From: Octopus vulgaris
Taxonomy: Eukaryota
Length of the DNA: 64,000 nt
Direction of reading: 5' to 3'
Assembly: GCA_951406725.2 (NCBI GenBank)
Contig: OX597821.1
Span: forward strand, 41,168,001-41,232,000
The translations under genes and the position numbers were made by a program. Positions 13,053-27,102 of the stretch are shown in pieces; the first letter of the stretch is position 1, and each line of letters opens with the position of its first letter. The notes beneath the pieces are model-generated. The model searched no databases, had not been told where the DNA came from, and saw only the letters and a list, made by a program, of their open reading frames with translations.

Positions 13053-13102
13053 ATTATAATGATTATAAGAGTGTCTATTTACTTCTGTTGTGTCTGTGTA
13101 TA

Positions 13103-13270
13103 CATGACAGGCTTCTTTCAGTTTCCATCACCCACATCTACTCACAAGGTTTTGGTTGGCCTGAGGCTATAGCAGAAGACAATTGCCCAAGTTGTCACAC
13201 AGTAGGATTGAACCAAGAACCATGTGGTCTGGAAGCAAATTTCTTAACCACACAGCCATACCTACACCTT
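13103..13270 (-). mobile_element. SINE family A, 5' half
   Basis: ggcttctttcagtttcc...ccacacagccatacctacacct. Confidence 0.85.
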
Positions 13271-13317
13271 AATTTGGATTTAGAATTACTTCTGCTCAAT
13301 AACTAACAGGATTATCA

Positions 13318-13612
13318 CTGATGATGATGATGGTGGTGGTGGTGGTGGTCATGGTGGTGGTTTCAGGCAGCGGCAGTGGTGGTGGTGGTGGTGGCAGCGG
13401 TAGTGGTGGTGGTGGTGGTGGTGGTGGTGGTGGTGGTGATGATGATGATGATGATGTGGATTATTATGCTGGTGGTGGTGTTGGTGGTGGTGGTGGTGTG
13501 ATGATGATGATGATGTGGATTATTATGTTGATGGTGGTGTTGGTGGTGGTGGTGATAATGATGATGATGATGTGGATTATTATGTTGGTAGTGGTGGTGG
13601 TGGTGGTGGTGG
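13318..13612. repeat. (GGT)n/(GAT)n compound microsatellite
   Basis: Direct reading. Confidence 0.9.
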
Positions 13613-14028
13613 CAATTGTAAATCCACTAGTACTGGTGATAGTAGTGTTTAACATGGTGTAGAATTAGTATAGGAACTGGTGTGCAAGATCCTATGGCAG
13701 CAGCACATCATTTCAGTAATACTGCTGCTACTGATGCTATTGTTGCTGTTGCTACTGCTGCTGTTGCTGCTGCTGTTCTCACTGCTGTTGTTGCTGATCT
13801 AGAGATAAATGAGGTTGAATTTAAGGATGATGAGAACTGATAACTTGTACGGAATGGATGGTGATTGTAATGGACCTGTGTCTTAGGTCAAGCACTCTTA
13901 CATTAGATCTTCTCGTAATGTTAACTGCATATCAACGGCGTCATCTAGGGGTCAGTCGACTCGATATTAAAACAAACATAACTAATTGAAGTGTCTGGAA
14001 ATGGGGTCTTTAGCTATATTGATTTATG

Positions 14029-14100
<72 letters not shown>

Positions 14101-14287
14101 CATACATATATATATATATATAAATATATGTATATATATGTGTGTATGTGTGTGTGTGTGTATACATATGCATATATATATATATATACATTTGTGTTTG
14201 TATATATACGAGAGAGAGAGAGGGAGATGTGTAAGTATATATGTATATATGTGTGTGTATGCATGTATATATATATATATATCTATA

Positions 14288-14334
<47 letters not shown>

Positions 14335-14337
<3 letters not shown>

Positions 14338-14529
14338 ACCGCATGTGTATTGTTGGCGATTTTCTTTCTCTGTCTTCCCTTCTTTGGAATTTTTCTATAT
14401 TTCTGACGAAGAGCCCCGCTCAAAACATGAAATCCTCTTTCTTTTCTTTCTTTTCCTGGGCGCCCAATAACACTGTACTTATTCCACATCCTCGCGTTGT
14501 TGTTTTTTCTGGCTTGTTCATGTTTTGAT

Positions 14530-14535
<6 letters not shown>
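14335..14535 (+). mobile_element. PLE-type pseudo-LTR fragment in (TA)n with decayed hammerhead (14399-14433)
   Basis: ATTT CTGACGA A GAGC CCC GCTC AAAA CAT G AAAT; homologous (reverse complement) to 45350-45545. Confidence 0.7.
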
Positions 14536-14597
<62 letters not shown>

Positions 14598-15109
14598 CAG
14601 CCTCATATATATAGTTGTATATGCTTTATATATATGCATGTTTGTATGTTCGCATGTGGTTGTGCCCTTTTTATATGGTAAGAAATATAGGAAATAAATA
14701 TTATTCGCAAAAAAATATATATTGGTAGGCTTATAAATATAGGAAAGTTGTTTAGGTATGTTTTGATTCATTTCTGCTTCTCCCAGGGGTATTAAGAATG
14801 CAATCATTTCACAAATGTTTTATATGTGTCTGTCTCAATCTGTGCTTGTATATGTGTGTTTGTGTGTGTAAAACCTTCTTCACTGATCTCTCCCTAACAT
14901 TTCTTACTACTCTATATATCTATAGACATACACATGCATGAACATATATACATGTATATATAAAAATATTGTGTACATTAAAACACATTAAGAGGCTTCC
15001 AAATAGGAAAGCCTTGTGCTAGAAAGAGCAGTAGAAAACTCAAACCACTAATTAGGGATAAATTCTCGAAATGAATGAAAATTAAAAACGTTTACCATCT
15101 AATTTAGTT

Positions 15110-15177
15110 CCTAGACCATGGTTTCTGACTAATTTCAGTAATAAAAATATTCACTGAGGCCAGTCTTCATCAGTAGG
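15110..15177 (-). ncRNA. Type I hammerhead ribozyme motif with intact core and GUC cleavage triplet
   Basis: CCTA CTGATGA A GACTGG...TCAGT/ACTGA...TTAGTC A GAAA CCATGG TC TAGG: stem I CCTA/TAGG, long stem II, palindromic stem III ACCATGGT. Confidence 0.82.
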
Positions 15178-15384
15178 TAGCCTTTAGATTTTAAATATAC
15201 ACACAATTAGATCCGCATGTAAACTCACTGCCTGTATATTCTAACTTTTCAAATCCACTGAGCAGATGCAGTTTATTTCCGGGGACAGAGAGGATGCCGG
15301 TAAAATTTCGAACAAATTTATCAAAAAACTTTTTAAACATAATAAATAATATTATTTATTATGTTTACATGTATATATATGTAT

Positions 15385-15495
15385 ATAATGGGTTCCTATG
15401 CAATTTCTGTTGGCCAAATTTTAATTTGAAGAATTTTTGACCAATGATATATGAATTTCGATATATAAAAATAAAAAAAACAGATAGGAAGAGTA

Positions 15496-15540
<45 letters not shown>

Positions 15541-15722
15541 AATAAAGAGAGAGAAAGTGGGAGAGAGAGAGAAACACAAAAATGGTGAATTCTTTAATCT
15601 GTTTATGCATTAATTGACTCAAGACTATTGCAGAAGACACTTGTCCAAGATGACACGCAGTGGGACTGAACTCAGAACCATATGGTTGCAAAAACAGCTT
15701 CATAACTACACTGCCATGCTTT
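15385..15722 (-). mobile_element. SINE family A 5' half interrupted by a 194-bp copy of 19270-19448
   Basis: SINE homology at 15385-15418 and 15615-15722; the intervening sequence matches 19270-19448. Confidence 0.75.
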
Positions 15723-15757
15723 TGCATGTGCGTGTATGTGTGTGTGTGTATCAATAT

Positions 15758-15962
15758 CATCATCATCGTTTAACGTCCATCTTCCATGCATGCATAAGTA
15801 GGATGGTTGACAGAAGCCAGCCAGGTAGACAACTACCCGAGGCAACTGTGTCCGCTCTGGCAGGTTTTTTTTTACATCTGGATGCTTTTCCAGATGCCAA
15901 CCACTTTACAGTGTGGACTAGATGCATTTTACGTAGCTTACCCAGTAGCAGGGTCACCAAGT
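15758..15962 (-). mobile_element. RTE 3' tail fragment
   Basis: catcatcgtttaacgtccatcttccatgc...gccaaccactttacag. Confidence 0.8.
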
Positions 15963-15974
15963 AACTCTCTAGGC

Positions 15975-16016
15975 AAGGAATTATGAGAGGGGCATATATG
16001 TATATATACATATATG

Positions 16017-16067
<51 letters not shown>

Positions 16068-16446
16068 GCATACATATATGTATATATATGTATGAATGCC
16101 TATGTGTATACATATATATGTATATACATATACATATATATACATATATATATACATGCATATATGAATATAAGTATGTATATATGTATGTGTGTGTGTA
16201 TGTGAGTATGAACTTTTATACACACACACATACATTCGTATATATACGCAAGCACAGAGATTGAGAGAGAGATAATATATGTTCATATATGTGTGTATGT
16301 CTGTGTCTGTATATGTAAATAGGTATATATATTTATGTATGCTTGTTTGTACGTATATGTGTAGATATATAAATATATATATATATAAATATATATATAT
16401 ATATGTGTATGATATGTGTGTGTGTAGCTATATATATATATAAATA

Positions 16447-16490
<44 letters not shown>

Positions 16491-16508
16491 ATATGTGTGT
16501 GTAGATAT

Positions 16509-16564
<56 letters not shown>

Positions 16565-16624
16565 TATGTGTATATATATATATGTGTATATATATATATA
16601 TACATATATATATATGTGTATATA

Positions 16625-16718
<94 letters not shown>

Positions 16719-16745
16719 CACATATACATACACATATGCATGCCA
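15975..16745. repeat. (TA)n/(TG)n compound microsatellite field
   Basis: Direct reading. Confidence 0.9.
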
Positions 16746-17904
16746 TATGTATGTTTATTTTATAGATTACATTATTTTGTAATATATCGAAAAGAACGGC
16801 TCAGTATAATATTAGTTTAATGGACATTTCAATTAGATTTTCTGTGACAGAGAGGGTGAAGAAAAGAGGAGGAAAAGATTATTATATGTATCAAAGAAGG
16901 ATAACCATGTGTCTCTGTGTGTGCATGCTTGTGTGTGTGTGTGTGTGTGTGTATGTGTAACATAAGTGTTATTACAAGGAATCGACATTCCTTCAGAAAC
17001 AGTCTTCTCTCATAGCAGAGAAGTATAGCTGTTCTTTAGGAAAGTATTAGTGAAAATCTCCAGTGTATTTTAAGATTATGGAAAGTTTGATCTCAGGAAT
17101 GAGATTCTAATATTTAATAGAATTCTGTGAGATTTCAGGAATGTCATATTCAGAATGAAAATAACAAGAATAAAACTAAACCAAAATAACGCTTACAGCA
17201 ACAACCATTTCATTTTTAGGAATACGCTTATCTATCAATTTGAAACTTGTGTTAACTATGACATAAAATGGGAATAGTCGTGTGTGAGAATTTAAAAATA
17301 TGTAAAATAATACAAAAGCAGCCTAAAGACCCTTGCAAACATTTTAAGTGACTGGTATATCTTTGATCAATGCAATTTTGAGATTAAACGAGGTATGAAA
17401 TATTCTGAAAAATAAAAATATAATTGATCTGTAGAAGTTGCAAACATCATCGTTGTTTTTCTTGCATTCCTAGTGTCTTTCAGTCGAAGAAACTCATTAT
17501 AAATTTGGTTAATGGCATACATATATATAAATCATCTTCACCTGAATCTAACCCAGATCACCAAATTTCAAGTGCAATATTTCTGTTTGAACTTATTTGC
17601 TCTGTATTGATTCTCACTTTCGGCTAAAGATCTTCATTACAATATCCATTTTATGTCTTGGAGATATATATTCAGCTTTAGAATTTCATGGTTTCTGTTT
17701 AGTCATTGGACACGTCTGTGTATAGATTTCTGATTGAATACACGGTTAGCGCCATTGCCAGCATATATCATGAGCTTTTGCAAATTTTGTTAATATTGCT
17801 GGACAATTCCCTCAAATTTTCTAACTTATTCAATGATTATATATTTGTCTAACGTAACAGTTTGGCAAATAGCGATCGATAAAAGAAGTATCAGACTGAT
17901 GATG

Positions 17905-18057
17905 ATATACGTGTATGTGTGTCTGTATGCGTGTGTGTGTGTGTCTGTGTGTATGTGTGTGTATCCATGTCTATACACACACTTATATAGCTATACAGGC
18001 ATATATTTATGTGTGTGTATGGATGTATATATATAAAAATGCACACAAGCATATATA

Positions 18058-18095
<38 letters not shown>

Positions 18096-18583
18096 GTACA
18101 TATATGTGTGTGCATGTGTGTATGCATGTGCACGTGCATGTATATGAGTATGTGTATGCATGTGTACAAGTGTGTGTGTAAAGTTTGTGTGTGTGTGAGC
18201 ATGCAAGTGTGTGTGAGCGTGTGTGTGTATGTTTGCATGCATGTGTATGAGTGTGCATGCATGTGCATGAGTGTGTGTATGTGTGTGTACCTGTGTGTGC
18301 ATGTATATGAATGTGTGTGTGTGTACGGGGGTGTGCACATGTATGTGTACACAACTGTGTGTGTGCACAACTGTGTGTGCACACAAGTGTGTGTACAAGT
18401 TTGTTTGTGCATGTGCATGTGCAAGTAACAGTGTGTGTGTTCATGCAAGTGTGTGTGTATGTGTGTAGCTATACATGCTTATATTTATATGTGTGTATGT
18501 ATGTGTATATATGAAATTTCATGCATGCATATATAATTTTATCTTTCTCTTTCTCACTCTCTCTGTCTTTCTTTCTCTCTATG

Positions 18584-18623
<40 letters not shown>

Positions 18624-18640
18624 TGTGCGTGCGTGTGAAA
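17905..18640. repeat. (TG)n/(CT)n/(TGCA) compound microsatellite field
   Basis: Direct reading. Confidence 0.9.
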
Positions 18641-19347
18641 TTTAGTTAAGTAGTATATCCTTGGTTATGGTATATAACCTGTCAGAAAGTTATGGTTGAT
18701 TTCACATCTACTGTTGCTCTTGGCAGTACAGGCAGCACATCACACTTGCGGACTGGAAACTCGTAGCTTCTTTTTTAATGGCAGTATCTATACAGATTTG
18801 GTCAGTTTAGTGGTGAAAAACTCGAAAGGGACAAATAACCGTACTGTGATGGGAAATTTACTTCCCCTTGAATAATTCTGGTGAGTCCTTAATAAATGAT
18901 TGATGCAAAACTGAGGCTATGATCTACAAAGCAGAGGTGGTGTCCAACAGTTGCAGCAACAGCAGGAGCAGCAGCAGCAGCAACAGTAGCAGCAATAAAA
19001 AGACACACATATAAAAAAATGTTGAAGCAACGAAGTGCCCCTTTAAAGCCAGGTTTAATAACCACTGGCCCTCTTTTAGGATCCCATTGAGTCACAACTT
19101 TACAATATTAGCCATCTATGTATGGTGATTAAAGGAAGAAAATGAGAGAATGCTGTTTCAATACTTTTAGTCTTGTTTATTTTTGTGCTGTTGTTTAAAG
19201 CTGGTGAGTCAGTCTTTGTCACTGATTGGTCATTAAAGTTAAGCAACAAATGAAAACTTGTTTTGAACAAAATTTTAATTTGAAGAATTTTTGACCAGTG
19301 ATACATGAATTTCGATACACACACACACACAAAGAGATAGGGAGAGT

Positions 19348-19380
<33 letters not shown>

Positions 19381-20293
19381 AGAAAGAGAGAGAAAGTGGG
19401 AGAGAGAGAGAAACACAAAAATGGTGAATTCTTTAATCTGTTTATGCAAATTTGGATCAACTGGTAAATTCCAAAATTCTGCAATGCAGTAATCATGCTC
19501 GTTAATTGGTCTTGTATTTGATTGATTAAGATTCTGCAGAGATAGAGAAATTAAACATCATCCCTTTCTTGGAATGGAGAACATCTTAAGGAAGATAACT
19601 AGTCATGAAACTAACAGTATTTGACCAATATAAAGGGTAATGGCGGTATTTTAGGAGCACAAGTTAGGAATTGTGCTTAGCAAATCAAGATAGATTCATA
19701 ATAGGATATTTAGTTTCTCCAATGCCATCCATCAATTAGCCAACTCAAAATACGTTTATGGCAAAATTCCAACCCTTTTTAAACTATTACTGACCAATTC
19801 AAATACATTGACAGGACATATAGAATCAACCTATTCTGTAGATAATTATTTAGGTTATGATGGAAATGTCATTTGATCAGTATTAATTCTAAGTAGAAGC
19901 TGTGTGTAGAAGGCGGTTTGAGTTAATAAGAATTCTAAAGGAAAATAACCAATATATTATTCACTGAAGAAGAAATTTTATTTCAAAAACATTATTTTAG
20001 TTCAAAGTAAAATAAAAATGTATTTTGTAATAAAATTATTTTATTTGTTTTAAAATAAAAAATATATTTAGAAAGTAAAATATAAATAAAATGAATGATT
20101 AAGATAAACTCAAATAAAAAAGGAATTAAAAGATATATAAAAAAATAAATTTAAAAATAATTAAAAAATAATGATTAAGCAATCTAAACACAGGGTTTTT
20201 AAAAAATTAAAATAATAGTAACAATACCAACAACTACAACAATAACAATTAGAAAATTAAGATAACTAATAAAATTAGAGAAAATAAATATTA

Positions 20294-20575
20294 AAGCCTT
20301 GTGAGAGGATTTAGTAGACGGAAACTGAAAGAAGCCTGTCATATATATGTATGTGTGTTTGTGTGTGTGTGTGTTTGTGTGTCTGTGTTTGTGTTCTCCC
20401 TAACATTGCTTGACATGCGATGCTGGTGTGTTTAAGCCTCCCTAACTTAGGGGTTTAGCAAAAGAGACTGATAGAATAAGTACTTAGCTTATAAAGAATA
20501 AGTCCTGGGGTCGATTTGTTCAACTAAAGGTGGTGCTCCAGCATGGCCACAGTCAAATGACTGAAACAAATATAA
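20294..20575 (+). mobile_element. SINE family A (5'-truncated)
   Basis: aaagccttgtgag...gtagacggaaactgaaagaagcc...cagcatggccacagtcaaatgactgaaaca. Confidence 0.9.
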
Positions 20576-20614
20576 GAATTAATGTATGTACAAAATAAAA
20601 TTAGTTATGTTTAA

Positions 20615-20812
20615 AAGTAGCAAGCTGGCAGAACGGTTAGTATGCCAGGCAAAATCCAGGCAAAATGCTAGTGGTAGTTCAAATTCCACTTAGGTCAACT
20701 TTGCCTTCCATCCTTTCAGTTTCAATAAAATAATTACCAGTCATGTACTGAGGTCGATGTAATTGACTGGTCCCATCTCCCAAAATTTCAGGCCTTGTGC
20801 CTATAGCAGAAA
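20615..20812 (+). mobile_element. SINE family B
   Basis: agctggcagaacggttag...ggtcaactttgccttccatccttt...ggccttgtgcc. Confidence 0.85.
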
Positions 20813-21459
20813 GTAACGTTAGCAATGCTAAATATACCAGAACAAGAAATGGAGACCCCCAACCTATTAGGGCACTAGTCAGTATTGAATTTATTTGGGA
20901 AGGTTTTAAAGGTTCTTCTTAGTAAATGTATGTTGTTTCATTTCTTTTATTTGGTATATGTTATATTTGGATGTGAGGATATCCAGTGTCACCTCAAATT
21001 ATAAATTGCAATTCCCACCATTATAAGGTAGTGCCATTTGATATCTTCCCTCACATTCATCTCTTTAGGCTCCAGATAAATTTACTTAAAGAAGTGAAGT
21101 TTTCTGTTTATCAACATTTAAACAAAGAAAACATAATTAATTGCATGTTTTTTAATCCTGATCTATCAGACATTCAATCTAAGATGTATCAACCAGAGTT
21201 CCCATCAAATTTAAAATGCCTAAAGCTAAATGATTTAATATATACTCTTTTTTTCTTTTTTTAAATACTGTAGGGTATAATTTGAGTGAGCCTTTGATGT
21301 TATTTGTAGCAGACCATGTGGCTGCATGGAGATTTTCCTCATTAACATGTATTACTGCTGCTTTTTGTTAACATCCATGTCTTTTGCTATACTCCATGGA
21401 ATCAATTCACTGATATCTACTAATATCTCAAAATCTACATCCCTATGTTTTTCAATATT

Positions 21460-21826
21460 TTCTTTTACATGTTTCAGTCATATGACTGCAGCCATCCTGG
21501 GGCACTGACTTGAGAAATTTTTATTTGAATGGATCTATCCCAATACTTAATTTTTATTTTTTAAGCCTGATATTAATCTTATCAGTCTATTTTGCTGAAC
21601 CACTAAGTTATGGAGTCATAAACACAAGTGGTGGTGAGGCACACAGACAAGTACACACACATATACACTGTGGGCTTCTTTCAGTTTCCATCTACCAAAT
21701 CCACTCACAAGACTTTGGTCAGCCCGAGGTTATAGTAGAAGACACTTGCCCAAGGTGCCATGCAGTGGGACTGAACCAAGAACCATGGGAATCAAGCTTC
21801 TTACTACACAGCAAATCCTATGCCTA
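21460..21826 (-). mobile_element. SINE family A
   Basis: Head and tail motifs of family A on the minus strand. Confidence 0.88.
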
Positions 21827-23137
21827 TATTCAAGATATATAATACTAACACTTTAAAATATTATGTATAATACTGACTCTAATTTATAATAACTTGTAGG
21901 AAGTTAAATAAAACTTTCGGTCAGATATATTTCAATCTCTCACTCTTCTTTAATTGTCTTCTGCTTTAAGGTTTGCACTGACACTTTGTCTAAAGATATA
22001 GATGTTATTTCAATCAAATAATTACTGCAATCATTGCTGTCTTTCATCATCTCTGCTATTTGGATTCCTTTGTTATCAAGAAGCCATAACCACTGGCAGG
22101 CCATTTCCTATTATTGAGTCATTGCTAGGTCATTACTCTGGACAGGTGACCATGACTAAGTGCTAACAATGACCAAAGATAATTGTTTTAATGGACTGTA
22201 CACAAGGCTTTTAATAACAATTCTGTCTAAATAGCTGCAGACCAACTACAACAAGCCTTCATTAACCAAAGTGTAAATGCCAATAAGTCTGCTGAGGATA
22301 GATAATTTTTATCTGATCATAGAAATTCATTGATGGCATGGATGCACGCATTCAGGAACAGAGAGACATGGAGACAAACACATATAAAAACGTATATACA
22401 TACACACATATAGACTTATATGCACACGCATATACAAACTCATATACAAACACATGCACTCACACAAGCTCACATATACACATATATACACATACAGCTC
22501 AACTCACACATGTAATTAAAGAAAATATTTTATAAAGAATCATAATGATTCTTTGTTCTGTTTTAGAGACCATTGTAATGAGCTTCATTTGAAATGAGAT
22601 CATTAATAAATAAAGACCACAAAAGACAATCAGTCGTCTCATGTATAAATTGGCCCAGTTTAAATCATCGACTGTTCAGTTTAACTTGATTGTGATGTGG
22701 TCAATTGGCTGAGCTAAACCATCAACTGACCAATTTAACTTCATTACTTTCAGATAAACATTGTTCAACTAAATCATCAATTACAGCGATAAGTGATTAA
22801 TTAATATCTTAGAAATAATTCTATGTGCAGGGGCTGCAGGGGGTAGCATAAAGAACCACACACGATGGCCACATTATACATATATATATGTGCATTTGCT
22901 GTAGTTGAAGATACATTTACATTTTAAAGAAGTGGGTAGCAGATTAGGTTACCAAGGAAAGAAGCTAAAACTCATACTACACAAGTATTGACAGAATTTT
23001 TCAAAGCGTTGAAGCATGGTCGAAGGATCCAAAACCAGTTTTTTCTTTGAGTTAAAATAAATATGTATTGGGAAATAGATATTGGGAAATACCTTAAAAT
23101 TTATCATGATGCTTAAGGTGACAATGATGAAGATGGT

Positions 23138-23176
<39 letters not shown>

Positions 23177-23439
23177 AGCTGCTGCTGTTCTCCTAAGAGA
23201 ACCATACCCTTATATGGGCATTTACCTATAACTAGATAACCAGCTTTTGAGAGCTAAGTGTCTTAGTCAAGGTTGTATGAATACCAGGATAGAAAATATT
23301 GAATTGTTGACCAGGTTAGCCAATAGTATTTTGGTACATCTGCCTATATTTCTTAATCTACCATTACACAATAGAAAATAATAGGTATTGTTGTTGTTGT
23401 TGTTGTTGTTAATGTTGTTGTTATTTACCTACATGTCAG

Positions 23440-23612
23440 CCTCAGCCAAGCATGCCTATCATCACAAACATTCCAAATATGACAACTCCTTAAGTGTATA
23501 TCTCCTAGGACAATATTACTGAATGTGTCCTTTATCTAAGATGATATGGTGTGATTTGAGGGAGATTTCACTGCTATCTCCAGCAGAATGAATGACTACA
23601 TAGTGGCTCCTT
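23440..23612. repeat. Unclassified old interspersed repeat (related pieces near 21270-21330 and 47440-47600)
   Basis: Shared gtgatttgag.g.gattt..tgctat.tc.agcag motif. Confidence 0.5.
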
Positions 23613-24772
23613 CCTAAGCTCATAGAAAATAATTTTGTTTTGTTGCGTTAGGACATGAAGCCAAACATTTTAAAAGAAATAGAAGTGAAAATTGTGCTGC
23701 CACTGAAAAAGTTAATTTTTGTAATTGTTAATTTGCTCTTTGCAGTTTTTATACCAACTTCTGCATGGTTGGTAGAATTCTCTAAATTTGGATAATATTT
23801 TTTATAAATTCCTTGATTCTCCATGATTTACAATTAAATCCAGCTGAGCTATAACTCATATTTAAATCCAGGAACTTGTAAAAAAAATTATTCAATTTGA
23901 GGAAATTAAAGCCACTTGAGTCAGAATTCCATGTCCGTAGCAGAATTAGAATTCATGGCTTTTCTTAATAAAGTGGTTTAGAATATTGACTTTCGTTGGA
24001 ATTCAAAAAGTTTGAGGACCTCTTCAACTGATTTTGGTGAACAAGTGTTCCAATTATTTCATCACCTGAATTACCTCCCCTGAATAACTTCTCTATTAAA
24101 TTGTAATCTTTGTGGCTGTGTGTTTCAAAGACATATGTACAATCTCCAGGCAGAATCAGTGACACACTGTGTGACAAGGTTAGAGTTAGGGTTATCACAG
24201 ACTGACTCAAATTATTTAGAATAAACTTAGATAAAATGATAGATGAAACTCACCCAAAGTGTCAAACATGTGAAATGAACCCAGGACCTTATGGTTGCAA
24301 ACTGAAATTACATACCCACACAGCCATGCGTTCACACTGGCTGAGAGTTGCTTGCTGGTAATGTTTAGTTGAATAGAAAATGAAAAAGATTGATGTGAAA
24401 CTCAATGCTAACATACATGATACAGTGAGTGTCAAAATTTTGATTAGAAATAATTATGTGGTGAGGAAAAGATAACATCAACTCAGTCACTACTCTCATT
24501 GTAGCCAATGAGAAAAGTAAAGGAACACAACTACGTGCATGTTTTGTACTTGTTAGGCCTCCACAGCAAAGGTAAGACTTCACCATACTTGTTTTAGCAG
24601 TAATGAAGTAATTGTTGTCAAGATGTGCAATACTTTTCAAGACCAGTAATGCTTTTTCAAATATAAACTCTTTTCCTATCTACTTTCTTGCAACATTTTA
24701 TTCAAAGATTTTTTCAAGTAGAGAGCAGTAATAAAAAATTAAAATAACAAATTAATAAATGATTATGCTATT

Positions 24773-24853
24773 AGCTTACAACTGTTTCGGCTATAAAACA
24801 GAATGTACTCCCAGTTGAACGCTCGACTATCACCCTATAGTTCCATCAGAACT
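24773..24853 (-). ncRNA. Decayed hammerhead motif
   Basis: AGTT CTGATG[G] AA CTATAG...TTATAG CC GAAA CAGTTG TA AGCT: stems I and II and a near-palindromic stem III are retained; A9 is altered. Confidence 0.55.
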
Positions 24854-24894
24854 TCAAAACATGCTCCATTTGGTAAAGCTTTTCTGTGTGCTTT

Positions 24895-25180
24895 CTGACT
24901 AGCTCCCATGCCGGTGGCACATAAAAAGCACCATTCGAGTGTGATCGATGCCAGTGCTGCCTGACTGGCCCCCATAATGGTGGCATGGAAAAAGCACCCA
25001 CTACACTTCCGGAGTGGTTGCTGTTAGGAAAGGCGTCCAGCTGTACAAACCTTGCCAGATCAGACTGAAGTCTGGTGCAGCTTCCTGGCATGCTAGTCCT
25101 TAGTCAAACCAGCCAACCAATGCCAGCATGGAAAACGAACATTAAACGATGTTGATGATGACAACGATGATGATGATGAT
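24895..25180 (+). mobile_element. RTE 3' tail fragment
   Basis: aaaagcacccactacac...gccagcatggaaaacgaacattaaacgatg. Confidence 0.85.
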
Positions 25181-25249
25181 GTAAATGTTTTCCCAAATAT
25201 ATCTGAATTTCATGTTTGAAACTCTTATAAAGTTATAGAATAATACACA

Positions 25250-25660
25250 AGCAGGAGTGGTTGTGTGGTAAGTAGCTTGCTTACCAACCACATGATTCTG
25301 GGTTCAGTCCCACTACAGAGCACTTTGGGCAAGTGTCTTCCACTATAGCCTTGGGCCGACCAAAGCCTTGTGAGTAGATTTGGTAGACAGAAACTGAAAG
25401 AAGCCCATCATATATATGTTTATGCATATATATATGTGTGTGTGTTTGTGTGTCTGTGTCTGTTCCCCCTAACATCGCTTGACAACTGATGCTGGTGTGT
25501 TTATGTCCCTGTAACTTAGCAGTTCAGCAAAAGAGACCACTAGAATAAGTACTAGATGTACAACGAATAAGTGCTGGGGTCGATTTGCTCGACTAAAGGC
25601 AGTGCTCCAGCATGGCCACAGTCAAATGACAGAAACAAGTAAAAGAGAAAAAGAACAAAA
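25250..25660 (+). mobile_element. SINE family A, near full length
   Basis: gcaggagtggttgtgtggtaagtagcttgc head, B-box GGTTCAGTCCC, central TA/TG microsatellite, tail gaaacaagtaaaagag. Confidence 0.92.
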
Positions 25661-25776
25661 AGAGTTAGCACTCAAATAAGAGTGCATTGTCTCCTCCAGC
25701 AGAAATGGCTTTAAGCTTATGAAGTTCACAGCAGAGTTGTTTGTTCCTCCGTCATTCTAATTTCTTCTGTATATAC

Positions 25777-25812
<36 letters not shown>

Positions 25813-25897
25813 CTTTTCAGTGGTTTACTAACAAAGATAACATCAATATCACATCCAAGGAAATAGACACACACACATATATACCTAAATATATTTA

Positions 25898-26029
<132 letters not shown>

Positions 26030-26068
26030 CATTCATATATACATATACATATATATATAGGTATATAT

Positions 26069-26121
<53 letters not shown>

Positions 26122-26519
26122 CATACAAACACGCACACATGAATATATATGTGTGTGTGTATGTATGTATGTATGTATGTATGTATGTATGTATGTATGT
26201 ATGTGTGTTTGTATATCTTTCCCTGGACATAATTTATTTCTGATTTATATATATATATATTCACAGAACTGTTGCTTATGTCAAAAAGCCACAGAAAAGA
26301 ACACTGTTTGAACTATATTTGTTTATACAACCCAGCAGTAAATGTTAAGTAAACCGAGATTTATGATGAACTAAACCAAACTGTTGTGAAATTTGAAAAT
26401 AGAGTCCATCAGTATAAATGCTTTATATCAAAGTTATATCATAGCTTTAAATCCTTTTATTGAGCCATTTGTAGGTTTGCACTGAAAAACAAAAGTGCTG
26501 CATTAGAAAAAAAAATATT

Positions 26520-27102
<583 letters not shown>

